Source: Macrostomum lignano (lineage: Eukaryota). Taken from it: 64,000 nucleotides of DNA. Under the pieces are notes generated by a model. That model saw only the letters and a program-made list of their open reading frames with translations, searched no databases and was not told where the DNA came from. The DNA lies in NCBI GenBank assembly GCA_002269645.1, contig NIVC01002602.1:62001-126000 (forward strand), written 5' to 3'. Numbering within the stretch: the first letter of the stretch is position 1; the number at the start of each line of letters is the position of its first letter. Position numbers and translations under genes: made by a program. Of this stretch, positions 24,546 to 57,273 are shown one piece after another.

Positions 24546-26632
24546 AGGGGAGATTCGTGCACTTACTCGTATTCATTCGATTAGTGAAAGTACGCGCCAT
24601 TTACTACTTCTAGACTCTTAGCAGTACGGTAAAATGCAATCAAAATCATTCAATGGTCAAAATATTGTTTTTTTTATATTTTAGCAATCTGTAAAGGTTG
24701 TTTTTGTTATAAAAACATGTTTATTGTTTGTTTGTATCTATGAGTTGGTGCCGGTTTTTTTAACTAAATAATAATGCTTCATCATGATAATTTGTTCGAT
24801 AAATGCTGCTCCATAATGATGTCAAAAAAATTAAATATTTTAAATGCCGATATGTTTCGTAAAAAACTTGTTGCGCTATAAATAAATGCCGATATGTTGT
24901 GTTAAAAGCTTTCTTTGCAAAAAATCTGGTCCCAAAGTCCATTTAAATCCAGAAGGAAATATCTAATATGCCGATATGTTGTGTAAAAGACTTTATTTAC
25001 CGTTAAATAATCAGGGCCCAAAATGGCATTGGATTCAGAAGGAAATATTTGACATGCCGATATGTTGCGGTAATGGGTATAAAGGCAACCAGATTGATGG
25101 AGTGAGTGACACTGATAGAGTGAGATACAGCTATCAGACATCAATTCATGAGAAGTACTTTCGGACACAGTTGGCAACCAAGTGAAATGTGAAGCTGGCC
25201 TGTAGTTTCTCTATTGTTTTCGAAATCCAAGCAGGAATTTCGTTCAGTTTTTCGGTGCTCCAACAGTTTTTCATTGTTATGATCAAAAAGCTCTTTGTCT
25301 CTTTATGGCCACGGCATGCACTCACCTATTTTTTTCTGCGGCCACCCACGGGTCTGCATGGCAACTATCGGCAAAACAAACAATGATTAGGAAATCTATG
25401 GAGCCACTCACTTTCTCTGCCTCTCCCTCTCCTCTCTCTGCTCTCTTTCTCATTCTCTCCTTCTCCTCTCACTCCACTCTCTACCTCCCCCTCTCACCCT
25501 CTCCCTCGCCACTCTCTCCCGCAAACCAACTGTGTGTATAATAGATTGGATTTAGTTTAATGACCAATTTGTTAAAAAAACAAACTAGATTTTAAAAAAT
25601 CGCAGTTAATCTACGAAATTAAAAAATACCGCACATCATTTTCACGGACTAATAATCTACGGGAGAGCACCCACTAGTCCTGCATCCTGTTTATGCAGTA
25701 GCGCCTATAGTGCAGATGCAGAGCCATACGAGTGGGTAGGGGGTGGGATGGGGGCAGAGAGGCGATGGGAGAAGCTGCTGAAAATCCCACCCCCCCCCTC
25801 ATCCCGTACACGTACGCGCGTGTATATTCAGGGGATAGGGATAGTTCTTTTTCCGACAGGTGTTTCTGTCAGCCCAGCTGCTATGGGCTGCACTATCCGA
25901 GGGCCGAGGCATTGTTAAACCCATTGCAGGCAAGGCTCTCCTCTCCTGCCTATCGCGGTCTCCGTCCCGCCTTCGCTCTTGCAACAATAGCCACCGTGTC
26001 CCAGTCAACCTCCCCTCCCCAAGGTCAGGCAGGCAACAAACAGTGAGTTGCCTAGCACTGCGATAGCTATGCGATAGCTATGCTGACAATGCAGTTGGGG
26101 ACGGATTGAAGGAGTTCTCGCCCTTCTATCTGCTGCTGCTGCGGAGTTGTTTGCTCATGCAATTTCTGGGTTGAAATTATTCCTGATTTACACTTTAGCT
26201 TAGCTATCATTTAGATTCCTTTAGATTCGATGTTCTCGCTTGTGGAATACTAATGTGCTTTCTCATTCATTTCTCTCTTTTCTCCCTCTCTTTCCCCATC
26301 TCCTCCCTCTCCCTCTCGCTACCTCTCCCTCCCCTATAGCCTGTCTCTGCCAGCTCCATCTGACCCGACGACCTTTCTCTCTCCATCTATAAGAACATGT
26401 GCACCTATGCAGTGCTGCTTGTCTGTTGCTTAATGCCTCTACATACATTTATTGACAATGAGATCAAATAATTAGGCTCATAGCTTCTGCTTATACTTTT
26501 TTAAAAGTTCTGTATTTACCAGTTGTCTGCAATACCCTGACATTGCTGTAGTTGTTTAAATTCTTCTGCAAACCATGCAGACACGCCGTCTGCTATAGTT
26601 AGTTACTCTTTGCCTTGGTGTCTAAATTTCAG

Positions 26633-27200
26633 GGGGGTCTTTCTCGAAAGCAACTTACGATCGACCATAGACGTAAGTTGGGTAAGCTACACTTACGGGT
26701 TGCTCGAAGGGCTCGCAAGTTAGCTATGCGTAAGATTGATCGCAACTTTACGAGTTCGTAACTTTGCGCAAAAGACTGTTTCTCGAAACGTTCGGATGTC
26801 TATGGTCTTTCGTAGGTTGATCTTAACCCTACGACTGCTCGGTCTCAGTCGTAAGACGCACTTAAGCACTAATCGCATAGTACGTGAAGCTTTAGTCAAG
26901 CCAAGTCAAGTTAAACTTTATCGAAGGTGGGTCTTTCTCGAAAGCAACTTACGATAGACTAAGTAAAGATATTTGCAGATTTATGACCATAGACATGCAA
27001 CTTTTCGTTTCAGATACGACTTACGAACAGCGTAAGCCACGCAAAGTCTAAGTGAGTTTTGAGAAAGCGTCTTACGAGCAAACTTACGCTACACGTAAAT
27101 TTCTTTCTTACGATCTAACTTCTTACGATCTATGGTACATTCTATGGTAAGAACCCAGGAGGGTGTTTCTCGAAACTCACGTAATTTTCGAACAGGCCTG
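26633..27200. mobile_element. Probable DNA-transposon/MITE remnant (PIF/Harbinger-like ends), internally duplicated
   Basis: GGGTCTTTCTCGAAAGCAACTTACGAT at ~26636 and ~26928; inverted-type ends TTTTGAGAAAGCGTC and TTTTCGAACAGGCC; many CTTACG subterminal motifs; no TSD established. Confidence 0.4.
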
Positions 27201-27254
27201 TCCGTCTATTATAATATAGTATATTGTTTATTATTTTATTTTCAATAAGAAAAA

Positions 27255-27556
27255 TTATTATTATTTGACTACACCTGCCCCAATTGAGCAAATGTGGTGC
27301 AACTGACAGCTCAGCCGCAGCTATTGCGCGGCGCATCTGAAGGCTGCGTACGGCTGTTCAGTCCAAGGACTGGGGGGTCGCCACACACAGCCTCAATTAC
27401 CCCAGCTAATGCTGGCACCCATTTTACAGCTGGGTGAACTGAAACAATGCAGAGTTAAGTGTCTTGCTCAATTACACAAATTGTCCCGAGTGGGTCGAGA
27501 ATCGAACCTCAGACCTATCAGTCGTGAGTTCGCCTCTCTGACCCATGCAGGGACAT
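27255..27556 (-). mobile_element. tRNA-derived SINE, near full length
   Basis: Minus strand: tRNA-like head with B-box GGTTCGATTC, then TTGAGCAAGACACTTAAC and CACCCAGCTGTAAAATGGGT core motifs typical of metazoan SINE central domains, (AAT)n tail; second partial copy at 62795-62957. Confidence 0.8.
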
Positions 27557-28067
27557 TACTCAATACTCAATACTCGGTAGTTAGTGAGTTTGTGTCTGTG
27601 ATAAAAACCTATTGATGTAATTATTTTCGAGGACTCCAAGGTTCTGCCTTGTCCCCATCCCGAGTATTGAGCAGTCTCTGTTCTAACCATTAGGCTCAAC
27701 CCCCTCGAGGCATATCATCTACATCTAGTCAGTCAGTCAGTTCAGCGCCTGCGTCTCCTTCCTTCTCTCCTTTCGCTGCTTCGGACCAACAAAGCAGCTT
27801 CAGTGAGTGGGCCAATCCAATTCCGTCTCAAGCGACACGTCGCTCCTTCAAAGAAGTGCATCCTCTGTCAGCTCCGCCCTCCCTATTGGATAGCCGCTGT
27901 GCAGCAGTGTGGCCTTCTGCTGCTGATTAGCTATAGCTATAAGCTTTAAAAACTAAAGCTGGTGAATGTAAATTGACTGTGAAATTTTATGTCTGGTTAG
28001 AACCGGCTGCTGCTGCTGCTGCTGCTGCACCAATGTGACTTCATTTTGCTATTTACACCACTATAAT

Positions 28068-31000
28068 ATGATAATGACTTCTCTGAGTAAAATACGCAAG
28101 TTACTTTTTATCTGCTTGTTGATGGTAAGTTGATTGCTAAATTTGTTTTTCTTAATTACATTGTATCTATCAATTTAAACATGAGATTATCTATCCGACA
28201 GGCATATCAAAATGTATTTTAGTGCTCTAACAGGGATCTCAAATAGGTAGATAGAAGATAATCGCACAAGGATCTCGAACAGGTAGATAAATCATCTCAC
28301 AGGGATTTCGAACAGGTAGATGGATAAACTCACGAGATCTCAAACATATGGGTAGATAATCTCACAGGGAATCTCAAACAGGTAGATTGATTATCTCACC
28401 GGGATCTCGAACAGGTAGATTGATAATCTCACCGGGATCTCGAACAGGTAGGTATCGATAATCTCACAGGGGATCTCGAACAGGTAGATATAGATAATCT
28501 CACAGGGATTTCAAACAGGTAGATATAGGTAATCTTACAGGTGATCTCAAACAAGTAGATTGATAATCTCACAGGGATCTCGAACAGATAGATTGATAAT
28601 CTCACAGGGGATCTCGAACAAGTAGATTGATAATCTCACAGGGATCTCGAACAGATAGATTGATAATCTCACAGGGATCTCAAACAACTAGATTGATAAT
28701 CTCACAGGGATCTCGAACAGATAGATTGATAATCTCACAGGGGATCTCGAACAGGTAGATATAGGTAATCTTACAGGTGATCTCAAACAGGTAGATTGAT
28801 AATCTCACAGGGATCTCAAACAAGTAGATATAGTTAATCTCAAAGGGGATCTTGAACGGGTAGATTGATAATATCACAGGGGATCTCGAACAGGTAGATT
28901 GATAATCTCACAGTAATCTCGTACAGCTAGACAGATAGCCTCTCATAAAATCTACTCACTGATATACCGACCGCAGGTGTGCGTCACACTATGGATCTAC
29001 TTCGCCACTACGAACAGTCACTGGATGCGCAGACACTTAGGCTACTGGCCAATCAGCAACGCGAGTCAGCAAGACTACTACAACAGTTTCATCTCTTTTT
29101 GCGACCCATCCGCTGACGGACTTTCTGACAATTGCGGGAGCACAGAAAAGCCTACAACCCGTGAGCCGAGTACTATTAAACAAATACCAAAGTTATTGCA
29201 CCAGACTTTTGCCAGGAGCCAAGTCTTTGCCGCTTACAAGCCCTACATTGAGTCCTGTTTGAGGCTCAATCCCGATTGGAAATATTACCTGTGGACTGAC
29301 AGGGACATTGACCTGCTGATCAAACTGCACTACCCTCATTTGGCTAAGAAGTTTAAACTGTTTAAACATAAACTGGAGAAGTCCGATGCGATTAGGTACT
29401 TGATACTGCATAAGTTCGGAGGTGAGTTAATGTTACCTGCTGACTGACTCACTGCTGACTCACTACTGACTCACTACTGACTCACTGCTGACTCACTACT
29501 GACTCACTGCTGACTCACTGCTGACTCACTACTGACTCACTGCTGACTCACTGCTGACTCACTACTGACTCACTACTGACTCACAACTGACTCACTGCTG
29601 ACTCACTACTGACTTACTATTCACTTACTCACTACATGGTCCACTCTAGACTACCAAATCCGCGCTTACATGTACTTCCATTCCAGGCATCTACATCGAC
29701 ATGGACGTCGAGTGCAGGCGTCCCTTTTTTCCGAGCCTGGCCAACTACTCGGCATTCGTGGACCAGGAGAACACCATGCAGGCGCAGATCGTGTGGAACC
29801 GCAGCTTCAACGCCATGAACTCCGGCATGGGCGCCACGCCGGGTCACCCATTTTTCAACCGCAGCATCGCCGAGCTGCTCAAGGTGCGCAAATTCGGCGA
29901 CCCCGTGTCCTCGACGGGACCGGACCTGCTGACCCGAACGCTCAAGGCCTACTGGGAGGAGGGTCAGGACGGGGGCCGGCATCCAGTGGATCTGCTGCCC
30001 GATTACGTAATGTCGCCCGTAATGGACGCGATTCAAAATTATCCTGGACGATGCAAAGGCGTTCCTCGGGGCAAAAATAGTAAGCGATTGTCTTAATGAC
30101 TGATTGTACCCCTATGGCGCAGAGATAAACAACCGTACTTTTTTGCTGATTGGCTGATAGTTTGCGCTTATATTTAATTTAATTGCCCTCTACCCCTGTG
30201 GCGCAGAGACAAACAACAGTCCTTTTCGCTGATTGGCTGATACTTTGCGCCTTTATTTAATTTAATTGCCCTCTACCTCTGTTGCGCAGAAATAACCGAC
30301 CGTCCTCTTTGCTGATAGGCAGATAGCTTTTGCTTTTATTTAATTTAATTGCCATCTATCCCTGTGGCGCAGGAAAATCTGACCGTCCTATCTGCTGATT
30401 GGCTGATAGTTTGCGCTTATATTTAATTTAATTGCCCTCCACCCCTGTGGTGCAGAGATAAACAACTGTCCTTTTTGCTGATTGCCTGATAGTTCGCGCC
30501 TTTATTTAATTTAATTGCCTTCTACCCCTGTCGCGCAGAGATAAACAACCGTCCTCTTTGCTGATTGGCTGATAGTTTGCGCTTATATTTAATTTAATTG
30601 CCCTCCACCCCTGTGGTGCAGAGATAAACAACCGTCCTTTTTGCTGATTGGCTGATAGTTAGCGCTTATATTTAACTTAATTGCCCTCCACCCCTGTGGT
30701 GCAGAGATAAACAACCGTCCTTTTTGCTGATTGCCTGATAGTTCGCGCCTTTATTTAATTTAATTGCCCTCTACCCCTTTGGCGCAGCCGACCATCAAAG
30801 GGGTAGACAGATTTACTCCAATCGACCATCCCTCTTCCCCCAGCAACCTGCCGCGCCTTTTGCTTTATCAATTACCCTCTTACTACACTTTGGCTGACAC
30901 AAAAAACTAACAACTTTCAGAGCAATCGATTATCACAGCCGCAAAACTCAAGCTGAAAAAGAACGCCACTCTGTTCGAGTACGAGAAAGGCTGTCTAAAA

Positions 31001-31243
31001 CTAGAGTCGAGAAAATTTAAGCTAGACAGCGACATTGGTCCGAACACAATCGCCATTCACCGGTTCAGACACCTGGGCTACCCACAGAATGCTCGCCAAC
31101 ATGCGCGCCGACTGTTCAATGCGGCCACACAGTTCGCTAACCGGATTCATTTTTTCTCTAACGAGAAGGACAAAACTACTCTGTTGAACCCATCGCCTGC
31201 TCAGTTCAATTCAAGAAATAAAACAGGCATTTTGAAACAGTAG
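28068..31243 (+). CDS. Glycosyltransferase family 32 (DXD; A4GALT/Och1/Sur1-like) type II Golgi protein, copy 1, 4 exons, 405 aa
   Basis: Exons 28068-28124, 28977-29421, 29687-30079, 30921-31243; phases 0,1,1; signal anchor KIRKLLFICLLM|VCVTLWIYF; IPKLLHQTF, LNPDWKYYLWTD, KSDAIRYLILHKFG|GIYIDMDV, GHPFF, TGPDLLT. Confidence 0.88.
28240..28920. repeat. ~33-bp minisatellite in GT32 copy 1 intron 1
   Basis: CACAGGGATCTCGAACAGGTAGATTGATAATCT tandem. Confidence 0.93.
29440..29620. repeat. 11-bp minisatellite CTGACTCACT(A/G) in GT32 copy 1 intron 2
   Basis: Direct reading. Confidence 0.93.
30110..30790. repeat. ~83-84-bp minisatellite in GT32 copy 1 intron 3
   Basis: About 8 copies, most with GCTGATTGGCTGATAG. 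Confidence 0.92.
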
Positions 31244-31315
31244 TATGAAGAAAACTTTGCAGCAACAAGATTATTAGTACTCCTCTGAGCTGTTTTTTAA
31301 TACTTCTACAACTAC

Positions 31316-31678
<363 letters not shown>

Positions 31679-31984
31679 AGTTTATTTTCTCAAAAATCCT
31701 GTCATTCCTTAAAAATTTATTTTTTTTCCTTAAACTACAAATATTTTTTTCTACTAAAATGTTTCTTTTCTAGAATTTTACCGTTCTATGACCTTGTAAT
31801 TTATAATTGCATACATTTATTTCTACCAAATAAACGTGCACTCCGAACCACTCTGTAACTCATCTGATATATCCGTATTTGAGCACTCAGTGCCTCTGAA
31901 TTCCATAAAAAATTATAAATATTTTAACTTTTTGAGTTTCCAACATGATATGACAGCCCTAATAATCAGCTGACAAATACTCTC

Positions 31985-32460
31985 AGCCTCCCCTACTCTC
32001 AGCAATTCCCCTACTCTCACCCTTCCCTACTCTCACCCTCCCCTATCTCACCCTCACCTACTCTCACCCTTCCCTACTCTCACCCTCCCCTATCTCACCC
32101 TCACCTACTCTCACCCTCCCCTACTCTTAGCCTCCCCTACTCTCACCCTCCCCTACTCTCACCCTCCCCTACTCTCAGCAATTCCCATACTCTCACCCTC
32201 CCCTACTCTCACCCTCCCCTACTCTCACCCTCCCCTACTCTCAGCAATTCCCATACTCTCACCCTCCCCTACTCTCACCCTCCCCTACTCTCACCCTCTT
32301 CTACTCTCACCCTCCCCTACTCTCACCCTCTTCTACTCTCACACACCCCTACTCTCACCCTCCCCTACTCTCATCCCTCCCTAATGCTCAACTCCCCTCT
32401 TCTCTCACTTGTCCTTTACCCTCTTCTCTACTCTACTCTCACGCCAAATTTACTCTCACC
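31985..32460. repeat. ~16-bp minisatellite CCTACTCTCACCCTCC between GT32 copies
   Basis: Direct reading. Confidence 0.9.
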
Positions 32461-33069
32461 CCAGACAAGACAGACAAGCAGAGACCAATGCTGGTTAGAG
32501 ACTTAAAAAGGAAAGACAGTCAAGAACTGAGGATGAAGAGTGCAAAGCCAGCTTCTAAAAAGGCAGAGAAATTGGCCTTTAAAGAAGAATATCAGGCGAA
32601 ACCTTCTAGGTTTCTGGCTAGCAGAAAAGTTGAACATTTTCTCTCATCCCTGCATGTCCTAAGCTTCCCCTAAAACTGTGTGAAGTCCCCAATCTGCGTG
32701 TACTTCTTTCTCTGTTCCCATTCATTTGGCTGCAAAACCAATGAGATTCTCTCAGTCTCTCAGGCGATGTACTCAAAATCGCGTACAGTTACCAGCAATT
32801 GAAGCAAGCAAAAATTCCTTTCCTGCACTGTTTTGCCTCTGCTCAACCCCAAAATTCTGCTGATCCTTAGAACTAAAAACTCTGTATTCTTAGGTTGCCA
32901 AGGGTTTTATAAAACAATTTTTTTAATAAGCTTGTGTCTGTAATCTCTGCGTCTGAACATAAAACAAATCATGTTAAAAAAACAAATTCTTTTAATAAAA
33001 TCAATTGTGGCGAGCATATTTGTGATGGTGAGCTTTACAGTTTCTGCTTATTCTGTGGTAGCTCCTTTT

Positions 33070-33300
33070 ACCGGTGATACCAGGTGTACATGTACCGATA
33101 GCAGCTCAATATACCGGGTGTTGCAGCTACTCAATATACCGGTGATACCGGGTGTTGCAGCTACTCAGTATACCGGTGATACCGGGTGTTGCAGCTACTC
33201 AATATACCGGTGATACCGGGTGTTGCAGCTACTCAATATACCGGTGATACCGGGTGTTGCAGCTCAATATACCAGTGGTACTGGGTGTTGCATACCGGTA
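33070..33300. repeat. 34-bp minisatellite in GT32 copy 2 intron 1
   Basis: GATACCGGGTGTTGCAGCTACTCAATATACCGGT tandem. Confidence 0.9.
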
Positions 33301-33825
33301 ATACCATCGTTTCAATGAACGTATTTTTTCGTTAAAAAAGGTTGTTTAGTGATCTGTGCTGATATTTATCCTCTATATGATGCCGAACCCAAAATTTTCA
33401 ATTTGCAGGCCTTCCTCTACTTGCCTGTCAACAATTTCAAGATTCCAAGAGTAGCCAACTTTTCATTCTCGAAATTTTATCCCGCAAGAGACCGAAACAG
33501 CAGTGGTAGCAGGGAATTAACAGGGAATTACAGCACAATTCAAAGGCTCATTATTACTGGCACTGGAAATCGACGAATTCCGAAAATTCTCCATTAAACT
33601 TTTTCAACCTCACGAGTGATAACGGCTTACCAAAAGTACATTGAGTCCTGCGTGAAGCTAAATCCCGACATGAAATATTACCTTTGGACTGACAGAGACA
33701 TTGATCAGTTGATTAAAGTGCATTATCCCCATCTAGACTGGAAGTTCAAGGAGTTCAAGCATCCGCTGGAAAAGTCTGATGCCGCCAGATACTTCATCTT
33801 GCACAAGTTTGGGGGTGAGTTGCCT

Positions 33826-34392
33826 CTGTGCTGTATTCTGTACTGTATTCTGTGCTGTATTCTGTACTGTATTCTGTACTGTATTCTGTGCTGTATTCTG
33901 TGCTGTATTCTGTGCTGTATTCTGTGCTGTATTCTGTGCTGTATTCTGTACCGTATTCTGTGCTGTATTCTGTACTGTATTCTGTGCTGTATTCTGTGCT
34001 GTATTCTGTACCGTATTCTGTGCTGTATTCTGTACTGTATTCTGTGCTGTATTCTGTGCTGTATTCTGTACTGTATTCTGTGCTGTATTCTGTGCTGTAT
34101 TCTGTACCGTATTCTGTGCTGTATTCTGTACTGTATTCTGTGCTGTATTCTGTACTGTATTCTGTGCTGTATTCTGTGCTGTATTCTGTACTGTATTCTG
34201 TGCTGTATTCTGTGCTGTATTCTGTGCTGTATTCTGTACTGTATTCTGTGCTGTATTCTGTGCTGTATTCTGTGCTGTATTCTGTGCTGTATTCTGTGCT
34301 GTATTCTGTGCTGTATTCTGTGCTGTATTCTGTGCTGTATTCTGTGCTGTATTCTGTGCTGTATTCTGTGCTGTATTCTGTGCTGTATTCTG
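33826..34392. repeat. 12-bp minisatellite GTATTCTGT(G/A)CT in GT32 copy 2 intron 2
   Basis: Direct reading. Confidence 0.97.
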
Positions 34393-34899
34393 TTTTCGGT
34401 ACTACACAATCTATGCTTCCTTCCATTCCAGGCATCTACATCGACATGGACGTCGAGTGCAGGCGTCCCTTTTTTCCGAGCCTGGCCAACTACTCGGCCT
34501 TCGTGGACCAGGAGAACACCATGCAGGCGCAGATCGTGTGGAACCGCAGCTTCAACGCCATGAACTCCGGCATGGGCGCCACGCCGGGTCACCCATTTTT
34601 CAACCGCAGCATCGCCGAGCTGCTCAAGGTGCGCAAATTCGGCGACCCCGTGTCCTCGACGGGACCGGACCTGCTGACCCGAACGCTCAAGGCCTACTGG
34701 GAGGAGGGTCAGGACGGGGGTCTGCACCCGGTAGATCTGCTGCCCGATTACGTCATGTCACCCGTGATGGACTTTAATCAGAATTATCGCTGGAGATGCT
34801 ACCATCCGTCAGGAGAAAACAGTGAGCTTTTGGTTTTTAACATTGACATTATGCGCGCGTAATAAACGACTCGCAACCCCTCTTTGTTCGCTGATTGGC

Positions 34900-35170
34900 C
34901 TGTTCAAAATATAGGACACCCTTCTGATCCCTCTGCCCGTGGCGCAGCACGGTGATTGGCTGGGACCAGTTTATAAACTTGGACACACTCTCCTGTTTCC
35001 TCTGCCCGTCTCGAAGCACGCTGATTGGCTGGGACCACTTTTTTAACTTGGACACACTCTCCTGCTCTCTCTGCCCGTCTCGAAGCTCGGTGATTGGCTG
35101 GGACCAGTTGATAAACTTGGAAACACTCTCCTGTTCCCTCTGCCGGTCTTGTAGCTCGGTGATTGGTTTA
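34900..35170. repeat. ~63-bp minisatellite in GT32 copy 2 intron 3
   Basis: About 4 copies with TGATTGGCTGGGACCA. Confidence 0.85.
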
Positions 35171-36936
35171 GGCACAATCAGGATAGATATCCTTTTCTCA
35201 ATCCCTCTAAGTTCCCCTATTATCTAGAACTACATTTACTTCTGCAAAAGATCATTCAATCCATTTACTATAAACTGTCAATTATATTCAACAATTTTTC
35301 AGAGTTATCAATCTTAGCGTCCGCAAACTTAAAGCGCCGTAACAAGCAGGCGCTATTCGAAGAAGAAAAAGGCTGCTTAAGGATGAAGTCCAAAGGTTTT
35401 CGATTGGACAGCGATGTCAGTAGCGGCACAATCGCCATTCACCGGTTCAGACACCTGGGCTACCCGCACAATGCTCGTACTGTTGCTTCGAATGTATTCG
35501 ACGCTGCAAAGCTGTTTTCCGGTCGGATAAATTTCTTTACGAGTTCGAACGGGTCGACTTTCTAGAAAAAATTTTTTGGCGATTTACCCATTCACGCGGC
35601 CTCAGAGAAACGTCAACTTATTAAGTCATAAAGGCACGAGCGAACATTTGCAGTTTGTTATTTGGCTGATTGATTCGCAAAAAAAGTATTTTATGTAAAA
35701 CAAGAACTTCATATTTTTGACTGGTTGCTGTAGTTAAAAAGATTCTGTATTTGTCACAACTAAATAACATATATCTGCATCTGTTAAAGTTTCAAATCAA
35801 TCGTGGAACAATAACTTTGAGCATCCTATTTGAATTTTACTGATTTCTGCTTCAGAAAAACAAAAAAATTCATTTTTTATTTTCCTACTTTATGCCAAGC
35901 TCTCTGATTCTTTTTTCGCGTTTTTTTTACCAAAAAACTGCAATTTTCTTAAAGTCAAATAAAATATAAAAAACTGTTTTGTTTATCTAAAACAAACGTT
36001 TCCTGCTTAATAGGTCAGATATATATAGATTTTAATGAAATGTTTTTGTCTATTTCTGCATATGTTCATTCACAACTCGCATGTATCGCTTGAATAAGCG
36101 CGCACACTACGATCGACAGCAACTATGCAGACTAACAGCAATAAAATTCATTTTTCGGTTTAATTTCTTTCCATTCCAATAACTGCACAATTTTTTGTTG
36201 TATAAGAAAATATAATGCAATTATATGTATTATGCGTTTTACGTTTACAAAGTATAAATATAAAATATAAAACTCTAGAATAAAATATTTGCTGCACAAC
36301 TATATAACACACAATAAATTATTTTATTATATTTCGAAAATTAGCACAAAGTCATTTGTTATAATGGACAGTGCAATAAATCAAAAACAACATCGTCGAA
36401 GGACAATTAAAATTTTAAAATATAGATGCTGATTCATACGTTTCAAAAACGACATTTACTATGAAATTATTGTTAAGTTTTGTTTTCAAATTTCAATAAA
36501 TCACAAGAGTGTTTAGCTTTTTGAATGAAAAATACCAAAATCTTTAGAGCTTGGTGAATATGTAGTTGACAACGAATCTAATTGAAGCGTGTGAATAAAA
36601 CAAGACGAAACACTGGTGTTAGTGAATAGCAAGAGAGACAAAATTTTCTGCATTTGGTGAACTGGCGAAATACTGGCGATATAATTCAGCGAAGATGGCG
36701 AATGAGAAAATAGGAATTTTTAGAGTTTGTGAATGGGGGCGGGCATATTTAAAATGGCATACAAATATTATTCAAATCTGTACAAATATTTGCATTAAGT
36801 GAATGAGAAGGTAAAAGAAACTGCAGTTGGTGAATCGCAAAAAGACTAATTCGTGGCTGAATACCTGTAAAGTTTTTTCCAACAATCCTGGCTACGCGCC
36901 CAGTTTCACGATTCCAATCGTCTAGCATTAGGCTTT

Positions 36937-55822
<18,886 letters not shown>

Positions 55823-56149
55823 TACCTGAAGAATGTCGAATTTAAACGTCAGTTTATAATGATTGACAACGTGTCCATCCTAGACTGTATTTTTCTTGTC
55901 TAAAATACTAATAGAATATGCGTGTAGCATTAGATAAAAATGTTGCTATTGGTTGTTTATTGAGTAGCCAATAGCAATGCGCGTTTGGGGCATGCAGTGA
56001 CCGCTGAAAATCTGGCATACAGGGCTTCTGAGATGCTTATCAGGTACATGTGCATATAGGCTCTTAATGCGTTTGTACGTTGTTAGAAACTCATGCATGT
56101 ACTTGTAAGCAACTGAATATGAGAAACTACAGAATATTCTGTGATGAGA

Positions 56150-56400
56150 AACTGATATAATTCCAGGTTTACGGGGATTAGAAACTGATATAAGGTCAGG
56201 TTTGAGGGCATGAGAAACTGAGATGAGGACAGTTTTGAGAGCATGAGAAACTGAGATGAGACCAGGTTTGAGGGCATGAGAAACTGAAATGAGGCCAGGT
56301 TTGAGAGCATGAGAAACTGAGATGAGAACAGTTTTGAGAGCATGAGAAACTGAGATGAGGCCAGGCTTGAGTGCATGAGAAACTGAGATGAGGACAGCTT
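56150..56400. repeat. 33-bp minisatellite (CATGAGAAACTGAGATGAGG...)
   Basis: About 7 degenerate copies. Confidence 0.85.
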
Positions 56401-56819
56401 ACGTTTGCATAGCGACGCAAGTCTGTAAATGTCATGTATATATATTGATTGTAACCACCACCATTTAACCTTAGTAAAAAACAGATTCCAAAATTTTATG
56501 AGTTATCTTTTATTGCTTAATAATCCGCCGAATATACATACATGCACCAGCCTACCTCGAGGCAGCCAGCGCACACAGACAGAGGGAGACAGACTCTGAA
56601 AGAAACCACCACTATCGATCGATACAGACCGAATACATGTATATATTAATATCTATTGCCCATTTTTCTGCATCCCAATTCTGAGAAAAGAGTGCATTAT
56701 CGGGAACAGAGTGAAGCAACTCTGCAACTTACTTAGCGATCAATGAGTAAGATTAGTAACAGAGCAACTCTCTTTATTAATCCCTAATGGACTGGGACGT
56801 CTCAATGCATATAACAAAC

Positions 56820-57110
56820 TCAGTTCATGACTAACTCAGTACATGAGCAACTCAGTACATGAGCAACTCAGTGCATGAGCAACTCAGTGCATAACCAACT
56901 AAGTACATAACCAACTCAGTTCATGACCAACTCAGTTCATGATCAACTAAGTACATGACCAACACAGTGCATGACCAACTCAGTTCATGACCAACTCAGT
57001 TCATGATCAACTAAGTACATGACCAACACAGTACATGACCAACTCAGTACATGACCAACTTAGTACATGACCAACATGACTGGTGACTAAATCAGTGCAT
57101 GACCAACGCA
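56820..57110. repeat. 15-bp minisatellite CATGACCAACTCAGT
   Basis: Direct reading. Confidence 0.88.
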
Positions 57111-57273
57111 AGCCTGCAAATGACCAAGTTTTACAGGAGATAATTTCTGTGAAAAAAGCAATTAAAAAACAAACCAAGCCAATGCAATTTTTGTTTAAGG
57201 TTTCAAATAAAAAAGGCCTAGCATTAGCATGCAGTATATTTATAATTACCAAACAACGATAACAATAAAGAAT

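Larger units (their letters stand above)
32971..35565 (+). pseudogene. GT32 glycosyltransferase copy 2 with in-frame TAA at 33595-33597 (probable pseudogene or error)
   Basis: Exons 32971-33027, 33409-33814, 34432-34821, 35303-35565 with the same phases as copy 1 and an identical 57-nt exon 1 length; IPKILH*TF where copy 1 has IPKLLHQTF. Confidence 0.8.

Noticed and set aside
33595-33597. Selenocysteine or recoded stop in GT32 copy 2
   Set aside because: The codon is TAA, not TGA, and aligns with Gln; neighbouring genes use standard stops including TAA.
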